Assembly: GCA_965197395.1 (NCBI GenBank)
Contig: CBDANB010000005.1
Coordinates: 202,776-266,775 of the forward strand
Origin: Vicinamibacterales bacterium
Lineage (GTDB): Bacteria; Acidobacteriota; Vicinamibacteria; Vicinamibacterales; UBA8438
Length of the DNA stretch: 64,000 nucleotides
Reading direction: 5' to 3'
Within the stretch, counting starts at the first letter, position 1. Every line of letters begins with the position of its first letter. The notes beneath the pieces are model-generated. The model searched no databases and was not told the DNA's origin. It was given only the letters and a program-made list of their open reading frames with translations. This document shows positions 55,887 to 64,000 of this stretch, piece after piece. The translations under genes were made by a program, and so were the position numbers.

Positions 55887-56475
55887 TCAGCCACGCGTAG
55901 ACGTCCGCAGCGGGGGAAGATCGTATGACACGCCTTTGCGAAGCACCTCCTGGGTGCGGATGGCCGTCAACGGGTACGCGGTCCGCAGGCCCTGTGGCAG
56001 CGGCATGTCGTAGGGGCGGCCGAGCTGAAACCACTGCTCGGCGGTGATCACGAAGACCCCCTCGTCCCAACCGGGCTTGCGCCGAGCCGCGATCACCACG
56101 AAGTCGACATCCGCAAGGCCGGCCCAGCGACCCGTGACGAGTCGATCCGGTACCGCGGGGCCTTCACGCCGCTCGCGTGCCCGGCGGATGCGGGTCGCTC
56201 GCGTTCCCGTGATCAGACGTGTCGCGACGCTGTCGAGAAGGGTCAGCAGCGGATCACCGCGCGGGTCGTCGACGTACGCCGAGACGCCGCGCACGAGTCC
56301 CGTGAGACTGAGATACGCTGCCGTCGCCCCCGTCGGCGTGAGCACGAAAGCGATCGCTGCTGGGATGACCCACGCGCCGAGCGGGAGGCCGGCTTCGCCG
56401 GCCGTCGCTACCGCCTCCAGCGATGCGTCGTCCGCCGAGGATCCGACGCGCTCGACGAACTCCTGTATGTAGATC
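55887..56475 (-). pseudogene. C-terminal part of a membrane protein gene split by ISL3 copy B
   Basis: Joins in frame to 57822..57990 when the IS and one TSD copy are removed (..GLRGYLIY|IQEFVERVGSS..). Confidence 0.6.
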
Positions 56476-57821
56476 GGTTCCTCACACAAATGTATGCACG
56501 GTTTTGGGTAGTGGAAGGTCCGCCATGCAGTGGTAGAGGTTCCGGATGTAGGTCGTGGCGGTCCTGAAGCCGTAGGCCCTGTGAATGATGAGCTTCGCTT
56601 TGTTGTTCAACCCTTCGACGGTGCCGTTGTCGATGGGCAGCCGGAAGTAGTTGAGGATGTCGTCCTCGTGGCGGCGGAGCAGCCACGCGAAGTCGCGCAT
56701 CGGCGGGAGGCGTGAGTGCGTCGCCCACCAGAACCACCGCTTCAGGTAGCGCTTCGCCCACCCCGCGCGGCGGTAGCTCCAGAAGTGCGCGAAGAACTCT
56801 TTGAGGAGATAGGCGCGGTTGATCTTCAGATTGAGGTGTTCGAGCTCGCCCAGGCGCCGGTGCTGCGTCTCGGTGAGATTCCAGGGGTTCTTCAACCAGA
56901 TGAACCGGGTCTTGTGCATCAGCGCTTTGTGTGCCGGGCCTTTCTCGCGAATCTCGTCGCGGCGGACCTGATCGACGGCCGCCATGAGATGACTGACGAT
57001 GTGGAATTTGTCGAACACCAGCACCGCGTGGGGCGCCCGGACCCGGATCACGTCGATGTAGGGCTGCCACATATCGCAGCAGATGCCGGCGAGCGCCACA
57101 GTGCGCTCGGGGCCAAGGAACGCAAAGAACGCCTCGAGGGTCGCCTGGCTGCGTCCCTCGCCGCTCCAGAGCAGCCGCTTCCGGGCCAGGTCGTACACGT
57201 TGGTGACGTAGACGTGCCCCTTCTTCCGCGAGATTTCGTCGATGCCGATATGGGTCACGCCGGTGAGGTCGCGGTGCGCCAACCCGTAGGCCACGGCCGC
57301 CTCGACCGCTCGCTCCACCGTGCCCCATGCGCACCCGAACAGCGTGGCCACCTGCTGCCACGGCAACACCCGCGTCCAGGTCGCGATCGTCACCAGCAAC
57401 GCACGCGTGAACCGCTGCCGGCCCACCGCCCAGGGCAGCGCTTCCACATGCACGCCCCGGCACCGCACACACTGGACCCGTCGCGGCGCGTAGACGAGCG
57501 TCACGGGAATTCCCCACAGCGGGACATGGCGAAAGCGTCGGACCCACCGGGTGTCCCGATAGCTGCCCCGCTGCTCGCACTGACCACAACGCGGCGCATA
57601 CCGCCCGTCGGGGGCCAACTCCGCTGCCAATCCGCCGACGTCGCCCGTGACCCGCAGCACCCGAAACCCTTGCAATTCCACCGTTGCCTTCACCAGACTT
57701 TCCACGAGCATGAGTCTCCTCTCAGATACCCAGGTAGCGTTGCAACTCCTAAGTACCTGATGAGACTCATGTTCTTCAAACCGCAGCCCTACTCAGCCCG
57801 CATACATTCGTGCGACGAACC
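56476..57821 (-). mobile_element. ISL3-family insertion sequence, copy B (1346 bp)
   Basis: 22-bp imperfect inverted repeats: GGTTCCTCACACAAATGTATGC at the left end and the reverse complement of GGTTCGTCGCACGAATGTATGC at the right end. Perfect 8-bp direct repeat TGTAGATC at 56468..56475 and 57822..57829. Confidence 0.9.
56482..57711 (-). CDS. ISL3-family transposase
   Basis: 409 aa. Zinc-finger region (CGQC..., C.RC) and IGIDEISRKKGH DDE region. Diverged paralogue of 43289..44545. Confidence 0.9.
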   Translation of the reverse strand: MLVESLVKATVELQGFRVLRVTGDVGGLAAELAPDGRYAPRCGQCEQRGSYRDTRWVRRFRHVPLWGIPVTLVYAPRRVQCVRCRGVHVEALPWAVGRQRFTRALLVTIATWTRVLPWQQVATLFGCAWGTVERAVEAAVAYGLAHRDLTGVTHIGIDEISRKKGHVYVTNVYDLARKRLLWSGEGRSQATLEAFFAFLGPERTVALAGICCDMWQPYIDVIRVRAPHAVLVFDKFHIVSHLMAAVDQVRRDEIREKGPAHKALMHKTRFIWLKNPWNLTETQHRRLGELEHLNLKINRAYLLKEFFAHFWSYRRAGWAKRYLKRWFWWATHSRLPPMRDFAWLLRRHEDDILNYFRLPIDNGTVEGLNNKAKLIIHRAYGFRTATTYIRNLYHCMADLPLPKTVHTFV

Positions 57822-57990
57822 TGTAGATCAGGTACCCTCGCAGGCCGACCGCGAGCCCCACCAGCATGGTGACGAGTCCCGCGAGGGGCGCCGCCTTGCG
57901 CACCGGGAGGACCGCATCGAAGGCGCTCCACCGCCGGACCGGCATCAGAGCCGCCACCACGGCGACCGGCCAGAGGAGTAGCCCTGTCAT
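57822..57990 (-). pseudogene. N-terminal (two-TM) part of the membrane protein gene split by ISL3 copy B
   Basis: MTGLLLWPVAVVAALMPV...LVTMLVGLAVGLRGYLIY, followed directly by the IS end. Confidence 0.6.
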
Positions 57991-58008
57991 CGGGGACGAC
58001 CCAGCCCG

Positions 58009-58857
58009 CTACGGGTAGGCATGCCCAACCAACTCCTCGCTGATGTCCCAGAGCCGTCGTGCAATCGCCGGGTCGCTCGCGTGTGCGGCGGGCGACCGCT
58101 GGCGACAGTTGTCGAAGTAGCGCCCCGACACCCCGGCGACGCCGGGGGAGGAGGCCAGATGGATCGACGTCTCCGCCCCTTTTTCGGGCGGTCGCATGAA
58201 GAGACCTGCGAGCCCCATCGCCAGACCGAGGCCGATCCCCATGTCGCGGGCCAGGCGCGTGCGAATCACACCGGGGTGCAGGCTGTTGGCGGTGATGCCG
58301 CTCCCGTCGAGCCGCCGTGCCAGCTCCTGGGTCCACAGAATGTTCGCGGTTTTCGACCGGCTGTAGACACGCATCGTGCCGTAGGCGCGCTCGCTCTGCA
58401 GATCGTCCAGATCCAGGGGCGCGGAGCGGTGGGCTTCGGATGCCACGGTGACGATACGCGCCCGCTCGGGCACGCGAAGGACCGGGAGCAGCAGTCCGGT
58501 CAGAAGGAAATAGCCGAGGTGGTTCACGGCGAACATGGTCTCGTATCCATCCGCGGTGAGCGTTCGTCGGCGCGCGAGCGTGCCGGCGTTGTTCACCAGC
58601 ACATCCAGCCGGTCGACGCGTGACCGCACCTGGTCGGCCAAGGCCCGGATACCAGCGAGTGACGAGAAATCTGCCTCGAGCACGTGGGCACGCCCATCGC
58701 CGGTGGCGCGGACGGCCACCATGGCCTCGGCGCAGCGTGCCGGCGTCCGGCCGACGAGGAGCAGGTGGGCGCCCTGCTTCGCCAGACCCACCGCGGTTGC
58801 CAGCCCGATGCCGGAGCTCGCGCCGGTGACGAGCACCATCTTTCCGGCTTGCGTCAT
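58009..58857 (-). CDS. Short-chain dehydrogenase/reductase (SDR)
   Basis: TGASSGIG cofactor motif, NNAG, and the YSRSK catalytic motif. Confidence 0.85.
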   Translation of the reverse strand: MTQAGKMVLVTGASSGIGLATAVGLAKQGAHLLLVGRTPARCAEAMVAVRATGDGRAHVLEADFSSLAGIRALADQVRSRVDRLDVLVNNAGTLARRRTLTADGYETMFAVNHLGYFLLTGLLLPVLRVPERARIVTVASEAHRSAPLDLDDLQSERAYGTMRVYSRSKTANILWTQELARRLDGSGITANSLHPGVIRTRLARDMGIGLGLAMGLAGLFMRPPEKGAETSIHLASSPGVAGVSGRYFDNCRQRSPAAHASDPAIARRLWDISEELVGHAYP

Positions 58858-58994
58858 GGTGCGTCGTCTGGGGCGAGCAGATGGTCAGTGATGTCCCTGC
58901 GAACGGTCACGGCCTCCGTGCCAGCGTGCGTCACGACGACGTGTTGGGAGAACGGATCTGGAGGCGTCGCGTCGGTCATCTCGAAGGCCTAGTT

Positions 58995-59636
58995 GCCGTG
59001 GGAGACCCCCCGGCTTTGCCGGGGCGGCCAGCAGCGTTTGACGTATCCGGGAGTCGCGTGAGGAAACTCCTTCCCGTGAGCCGCACAAGCATCACGAGAA
59101 GGAGTCCTCATGACGACGTACCGAAGTCTCAATCATACGAAATGGCACTGCCAGTATCACGTAGTGTTCATTCCGAAGTACCGGAAGAAAGCGATGTATG
59201 GAGGCGTCCGGCAGCAGCTGGGCGAGGTGCTGCGGCAGCTGGCGCGGCACCGCGAGAGCCAGGTGGAGGAGGGGCATCTGCTGCCCGACCACGTCCACAT
59301 GTTGGTGTCGATCCCCCCGAAGTACTCGGTGGCGCAGGTGATCGGGTATCTCAAGGGGAAGAGCGCGATCCACATCGCTCGGGAGTTTGCGGGGCGGTCC
59401 CGGAACTTCGTGGGGCAGCACTTCTGGGCGCGCGGGTATTTTGTCTCGACGGTGGGCCGTGATGAACGGATCATCCGGGACTATATCCAGCAGCAGGAGC
59501 GAGAGGATCGGCGGCTGGATCAGTTGCCGTTGGACTAGAGCCGCCACCGTCAGGTGGCTCAAGTGACCGCGCAGCGGTCACGTCAGCCGCTTTGAGCGGC
59601 TCACAACTAAAGCCCCCGGCTTTGCCGGGGGATACT
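58995..59636 (+). mobile_element. IS200/IS605-family element (tnpA only); boundaries approximate
   Basis: The same hairpin CCCCGGC-TTT-GCCGGGG occurs subterminally at both ends (59008..59024 and 59613..59631). Further hairpins follow tnpA. Confidence 0.7.
59110..59538 (+). CDS. tnpA: IS200/IS605-family Y1 (HUH) transposase TnpA
   Basis: 142 aa. HVHMLV (HUH) motif and the catalytic-Tyr region GQHFWARGYFVSTVG. Confidence 0.9.
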   Translation: MTTYRSLNHTKWHCQYHVVFIPKYRKKAMYGGVRQQLGEVLRQLARHRESQVEEGHLLPDHVHMLVSIPPKYSVAQVIGYLKGKSAIHIAREFAGRSRNFVGQHFWARGYFVSTVGRDERIIRDYIQQQEREDRRLDQLPLD

Positions 59637-60715
59637 TACTGCACCGCCGTTGATATGCGATCAAGCATTCGCGTGTGCGACCGGATGATGGCACGTGCCG
59701 GCTTGGTCCACTCGAAGGGCGTAGGGTGCCGGTTCCAGGCGCGTAGGTAAGCGACGAGATGATCCTGTAGCGCCCGCTTCGAGGCGAAGTCGGTGAGCGA
59801 CAGGGACTGTTTGGCCAAGATTCCGAAGAAGCCTTCGATCTGGTTCAGCCAGGACGCGCTCGTTGGGGTGTAGTGGAAGTGGACGCGCGGGTTGCCGGCG
59901 AGCCAGGCGCGCACGTCCTCCGTATTGTGCGTGGAAGAGTTGTCGAGCACGACATGGAGTTGACGGCCCGGATAGGTGCGGACGACCTTCTTCATAAACC
60001 GGAGGAAGTCCGTCGCCGTATGGCTGGTGCTGAAGCGGTGGGTCACTTTTCCGGTCGCGACCTCAAGGGCGGCGAAGAGATCGACGATCCCGTGCCGCCG
60101 ATAGTCGTGCGTGTGCCGCACGGCGCGGCCCGCTCGTAAGGGGAGCGGCGGTTGGGTACGCTCCAAGGCCTGGATGGACGTCTTCTCGTCGACACTGAGC
60201 ACAATCGCGTGTTCCGGCGGGCGGAGGTACAGACCGACGACATCCGTGACCTTGGCCGCGAATGCCGGATCTCGACTCACTTTGTAGGTGCGGGTGAGGT
60301 GTGGCTTGACGCCGTTGGCTCGCAGGACGTCGGACACACAGCCGCTCGTGAACCCGACCGCGTGGCCCAGGAGACGGGTCGTCCACCGGCTTCGCCCGGC
60401 GGGCGGGGGCGACAGCGCGAGTTGCACGATCTCCTCAACAGTGTCGGCTGGCACGGCATGGTCCCGGCGGCCGGACTTCGGACGGTCAAACAGCCCGTCA
60501 ACACCCTCCCGCACGAAGCGGCGCCGGATCCGCGACACCGCTTCCGGCGACAGGTCGAGCCGCGACGCAATGTCCACGCCTCCTTCGCCAGCCGCACTCA
60601 AGAGAATGACGCGTGCGCGGCGCACCAACCCGGCTGGCTCCTTCGCGCGCGCGACAAGGGCTTCCAGCATCTTCTGTTGTTTACGTGTCGTTCTGACGTG
60701 GTGTGTGTGTGCCAC
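59636..60715 (-). CDS. IS630-family transposase
   Basis: 359 aa. Helix-turn-helix N-terminus and a DDE core (SVDEKTSIQAL, VLDNSSTH, SWLNQIE). Confidence 0.9.
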   Translation of the reverse strand: MAHTHHVRTTRKQQKMLEALVARAKEPAGLVRRARVILLSAAGEGGVDIASRLDLSPEAVSRIRRRFVREGVDGLFDRPKSGRRDHAVPADTVEEIVQLALSPPPAGRSRWTTRLLGHAVGFTSGCVSDVLRANGVKPHLTRTYKVSRDPAFAAKVTDVVGLYLRPPEHAIVLSVDEKTSIQALERTQPPLPLRAGRAVRHTHDYRRHGIVDLFAALEVATGKVTHRFSTSHTATDFLRFMKKVVRTYPGRQLHVVLDNSSTHNTEDVRAWLAGNPRVHFHYTPTSASWLNQIEGFFGILAKQSLSLTDFASKRALQDHLVAYLRAWNRHPTPFEWTKPARAIIRSHTRMLDRISTAVQ

Positions 60716-60761
60716 ACACGCATTAGATCACATGCTTGACCTTATATCAACGGCGGTGCAC
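59639..60761 (-). mobile_element. IS630-family insertion sequence (1123 bp) flanked by TA
   Basis: Inverted repeats TGCACCGCCGTTGATAT(..)TCAAGCAT at both ends. TA at 59637..59638 and 60762..60763. Confidence 0.85.
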
Positions 60762-60763
60762 TA

Positions 60764-60936
60764 GTGGCCTGTATCGGGTGAATCGGTAGTGATCATCGGT
60801 GCGCGGCGCCCGGCTGACAAGGCACGACGAGGGAGCATACACCCCGTATGTGACCCCGCTGAGGGGCGGTCCAGCGTCGTCCCTTTGCGGGACGCCCCGC
60901 CCGGTGAGCGCTATTGATTCACCCGATACAGGCCAC
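60764..60936. mobile_element. MITE (173 bp) with perfect 21-bp terminal inverted repeats, flanked by TA
   Basis: GTGGCCTGTATCGGGTGAATC at 60764..60784 and its exact reverse complement at 60916..60936. TA on both sides. No ORF. Confidence 0.75.
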
Positions 60937-61097
60937 TAGGCCCCGGAAGGGGAGTCGCGTGTATTGTAGCCGGAGGTCGTACGGCGCATAATCGGTGGGT
61001 TTCCGGTCGTGCGACCTCCGTGACGCGCCGGGACGGCGCGCGGTGCCCGGCGACGACAACGGGTGCGCCCGGGAGTGCCATCCGGGCGTAGAAAGGT

Positions 61098-62015
61098 GTG
61101 GCTGTGAGGCTCCCAGGGTGCGTGCTCGGTGCGCTGTTGCTGATTCCGGTCGTCTCCGGCGCGCAGGCCCGCGGTGTCCCCTACACGCCGTCGGTGCCGG
61201 ATCTGAGCGGATATTGGGAGTATCGCACCACGACCCCGCTCCAGCGCCCCGAGGCTTTTGCCGGCAAGCCGGTGCTGACACCAGAGGAAGAATCCGCGTA
61301 TCTCGAGCGACGCCATGCCGTCATCGGTCGCGAGCGCGATCTGCAGCTCAACGCCGACTGGTGGGAGCCGGGTGGGCTGACGAGCGGTCGCACCTCGCTG
61401 ATCGTGGATCCGCCGGACGGTCGCATTCCCGCTTTGACCGAGGCGGCCCGGGAGCGAGTGCGCAGGTTGGCCGTCGGGTTTCGACAGCGAATCGCGGACG
61501 GCCCCGAGGACCGCGAGCGCTACGAGCGCTGCATCATGGGACGCACGATCCCATTGATGGCGGCCGCCCCGACCCGGCTCGCACAAATTTTTCAGACCCC
61601 CGACTACATCGCCATCCTCCACGAGCAGAAATCCGAGCTTCGCATCATCCCGCTCGACGGCAGCCCGGCCCCGGCGGAGGCGAATCGGCAGTGGCAGGGG
61701 CATTCGCGCGGTCGCTGGGACGGCGACACCCTGGTCGTCGAAATCAGCGGTTTCAACGGCCGGTGGACGCTCCAGGGCGCCGGCCCGAATGCGCGGTTCG
61801 TCGAGCGCTTTTCGGTGACCAATGGTGACACGTTGCGCTACGAGGTCACGGTCGATGACCCGGCATCGTTCGCCGGACCGTGGACCGTGCAGTTTCCGCT
61901 CACGAGGGCAGTGGGGCCGCTCTACGAGAACGCCTGCCACGAAGGCAACCGCAGCATGCCGCTCATTCTCAACGGTGCCCGCGCCGAGGACGCGGCGGCG
62001 GCCGCCGCACGTTGA
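61098..62015 (+). CDS. Secreted protein of unknown function, ACHEGN-motif family, copy 4
   Basis: GTG start and signal peptide. Same motif set, ending YENACHEGNRSMPLILNGARAED. Confidence 0.7.
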   Translation: MAVRLPGCVLGALLLIPVVSGAQARGVPYTPSVPDLSGYWEYRTTTPLQRPEAFAGKPVLTPEEESAYLERRHAVIGRERDLQLNADWWEPGGLTSGRTSLIVDPPDGRIPALTEAARERVRRLAVGFRQRIADGPEDRERYERCIMGRTIPLMAAAPTRLAQIFQTPDYIAILHEQKSELRIIPLDGSPAPAEANRQWQGHSRGRWDGDTLVVEISGFNGRWTLQGAGPNARFVERFSVTNGDTLRYEVTVDDPASFAGPWTVQFPLTRAVGPLYENACHEGNRSMPLILNGARAEDAAAAAAR

Positions 62016-62079
62016 CGTGTCCACGCCACGACGGTATTCGCACCGGACGAGCAAACCGTGCGATGAGGAGAGTGAATCG

Positions 62080-63366
62080 ATGACTACACAAGACGACAAG
62101 ATCGATCGGCGGGCGTTGCTCAAGCTGCTCGGGACGGCGGGCGCGTCAGCGTCCATGCTGTCAGGCGCCCGCGGGCGCTCGCTCGGGTTGGCGACCGTCG
62201 AAGCCACAGGCGCGGTGCAGACGGGCATCGAGCCCTTCGAGATCCGTGTCAGTGACGCCGAGCTCGACGATCTGCACCGCCGGCTGAGCAACGTGCGCTG
62301 GCCCCCGGACCCACCAGGCGAGGCGTGGGCGCTCGGGACCGACCGGGCGTATCTGGAAGCGCTGATCGCCTACTGGCGCGACGACTACGACTGGCGTGTG
62401 CACGAGGCGGCGCTCAACACGTTTGACCACTACAAGACGACCATCGAGGGGCAGAGCATCCATTTCGTGCACCAGCGAGGCAGTGGGGGGGCGACGTTAC
62501 CACTCCTGATGAGTCACGGATGGCCGGGCACCATCTGGGAAATGCTGCCGTCGGTGCGCCGACTGAGTGACCCGGCGGCGCACGGGAGCGCGGCGTCTGA
62601 TGCGTTCGACGTCGTCGTGCCATCGATCCCCGGTTTCGGCTTTTCCGGCGAGCCGGCGGAGGGGACGGACATCGCCCGAACCGCCGAGCTCTGGGTGGCG
62701 CTCATGGAGAAGCTGGGCTACCAGCGGTTTGGCGCGTATGGCAGCGACTGGGGCGCCGGCATCACGCGCACGTTGGGCGCCAGATTCGCCGACCGGGTCG
62801 TTGGTGTCCACACACCGGGCGCGCCGCGCCGCGCGCAGCGTGAGCCGCAGACCGACGCGGAGCGCGAGTACCTCGCCAGCACCGAGTTGTGGTCGGTCGA
62901 GGAAACGGGGTACCAGCGCATCCAGGGCACGAAGCCACAGACGCTGGCCTACGGGCTGACCGATTCGCCGGCCGGCGTCGCTGCCTGGATCACCGAGAAG
63001 CTTCGCTCCTGGAGCGATTGTGGCGGGGACGTGGAAACGCGGTTCAGCAAGGACCAGATCTTGACGCTGGTGTCGATCTACTGGCACACGCGGACCATTG
63101 GCACCAGCGTGCGCTACTACCACGCGAACGGGCTGGGGAGCTCGCGCCCCAGGCGAGGAGCGGGGCCGGTCACCGTGCCGCAAGGCTACGCAGATTTCCC
63201 GGGGATCTTCTCTCGCGCCCGGCCGCCCCGGTCGTTCATTGAGGCGCCGCCCGCGGACGTGCACTGGACGCGGTTTGAGACCGGAGGCCATTTCCCGGCG
63301 ATCGAGGAGCCCGAGTTGCTGGTGGACGATCTCCGTACGTTCTTCCGGCCGCTTCGGTCGGCGTAG
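62080..63366 (+). CDS. Epoxide hydrolase (microsomal-type, EHN domain plus alpha/beta fold) with a Tat signal
   Basis: Signal DRRALLKLLGTAGASA. Motifs FEIRVSDAELDDL..RL and HGWPG. Confidence 0.8.
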   Translation: MTTQDDKIDRRALLKLLGTAGASASMLSGARGRSLGLATVEATGAVQTGIEPFEIRVSDAELDDLHRRLSNVRWPPDPPGEAWALGTDRAYLEALIAYWRDDYDWRVHEAALNTFDHYKTTIEGQSIHFVHQRGSGGATLPLLMSHGWPGTIWEMLPSVRRLSDPAAHGSAASDAFDVVVPSIPGFGFSGEPAEGTDIARTAELWVALMEKLGYQRFGAYGSDWGAGITRTLGARFADRVVGVHTPGAPRRAQREPQTDAEREYLASTELWSVEETGYQRIQGTKPQTLAYGLTDSPAGVAAWITEKLRSWSDCGGDVETRFSKDQILTLVSIYWHTRTIGTSVRYYHANGLGSSRPRRGAGPVTVPQGYADFPGIFSRARPPRSFIEAPPADVHWTRFETGGHFPAIEEPELLVDDLRTFFRPLRSA

Positions 63367-63396
63367 CACACGAATCGGCTTTCGGGAAGGTGATCG

Positions 63397-63684
63397 GTGG
63401 ACATAGCGACGAACACGGAGGATGCAGACACGAACGTCGACGTCGCGCGGGCGAGCCGAAGCCGGGCGGCGAGGGTCGGGGTCGTGTTCATGGGGTTCTC
63501 GCTCGCGCTCTGGGTGGCGCTGCCGCTCGTGCCGTTCCTGCCGCTGAGCGTGGCGGCAAAAGCGACGGGTGCCGGCGCGCTGATCATCGTGGCCGAAGTG
63601 GCGTTCTGGGGGGGCGCCGTGTTGGCGGGGCCCACGGCGGCGCGACGGATGCGATCATGGTGGCGTCGCGGCAAGACGGCGTGA
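63397..63684 (+). CDS. Small two-TM membrane protein (resembles the stand-alone 'transporter suffix' type)
   Basis: 95 aa with two hydrophobic helices and a basic C-terminus. The family assignment is from memory only. Confidence 0.4.
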   Translation: MDIATNTEDADTNVDVARASRSRAARVGVVFMGFSLALWVALPLVPFLPLSVAAKATGAGALIIVAEVAFWGGAVLAGPTAARRMRSWWRRGKTA

Positions 63685-63943
63685 TCGCCTCGGGATGGCA
63701 GGGGCAGTGGAACCGATGGTCGCCGTGAGGGCGCCGACGACCATCGAGACGGCCCGCCTCATCCTTCGCAAACCGGGAGCGCTGGCCCGCCGGACCGTAT
63801 CTGGTGTGTGCGCGCGTCGATGGTCGCGTGCTCGGGCGGCTCCGGTCTCGCCTTCGAGACGCCGTCGACGTCCCGCGCGACGTCCTCTGTCATGCGGCGG
63901 TTCTCGCGCGGGGTCATACTGTGTAGCCGAATCGGAGGGGATC

Positions 63944-64000
63944 ATGACCACTGGCCGACTGATGCGTAACTCGCTCTTCCTGACACTCGCGGCGGCGCTG
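63944..64000 (+). CDS. 5' end of an exported protein gene (runs off the window)
   Basis: GGAGGGG Shine-Dalgarno, ATG at 63944, MTTGRLMRNSLFLTLAAAL signal-like start. Confidence 0.3.
   Translation, partial: MTTGRLMRNSLFLTLAAAL

Noticed and set aside
58854-58979. 41-codon minus-strand ORF (MTDATPPDPFSQHVVVTHAGTEAVTVRRDITDHLLAPDDAP) whose TGA overlaps the SDR start as ATGA
   Set aside because: The overlap looks like translational coupling. However, the ORF is short, has no recognisable motif or clear Shine-Dalgarno, and could arise by chance in GC-rich DNA. It was not called as a gene.
63700-63943. Frame beginning ..APTTIETARLILRKP.., reminiscent of the N-terminus of GNAT (RimJ/RimL-type) acetyltransferases
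   Set aside because: Only about 15 residues look GNAT-like, and the rest of the frame is Arg/Ser/Pro-rich nonsense ending quickly. It is at best a tiny relic.

Overview
High-GC bacterial chromosomal segment. The gene content (many Ser/Thr kinases of the GPY.V..IGEGGMGEVYRA type, DinB-fold proteins, PQQ beta-propellers) looks like an Acidobacteriota- or Gemmatimonadota-like soil organism, but that is inference only. I see no rRNA, tRNA or CRISPR. About 45 apparently intact genes are present, and most encode exported or periplasmic redox enzymes. These include a PQQ sugar dehydrogenase fused to cytochrome c, two paralogous PQQ methanol/ethanol-family dehydrogenases in inverted orientation, and three sulfite-oxidase-fold Mo enzymes (one is MsrP). 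There is also a haem-c/PHM-like copper monooxygenase fusion, AhpD/CMD proteins and a peroxiredoxin. Other genes include a TRAP transporter, an orphan RND pump, two cyclase-family proteins and an RRM protein next to a cold-shock protein. The window is also highly plastic. It carries two ISL3 copies, one IS3 copy (A_AAA_AAG frameshift site), one IS200/IS605 element, one IS630 copy and a TA-flanked MITE. Four of these have target-site duplications I could read directly. At least three genes are visibly interrupted by IS elements. Several more are internally deleted or frameshifted remnants. Two families of hairpin (REP-like) repeats are present, one copy lying in frame inside a kinase gene. Most notable findings: (1) a secreted peroxiredoxin with an in-frame TGA exactly at the peroxidatic-Cys position, followed by a 7-bp stem-loop, which makes it a selenocysteine candidate; (2) an AhpD-like fragment with TGA at the second Cys of CxxC; (3) four paralogues of an uncharacterised secreted protein family ending in an invariant ACHEGN motif; (4) a single-chain triple RidA protein with a signal peptide. 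Many long ORFs in the supplied track are antisense artefacts of the high GC content and were not called.
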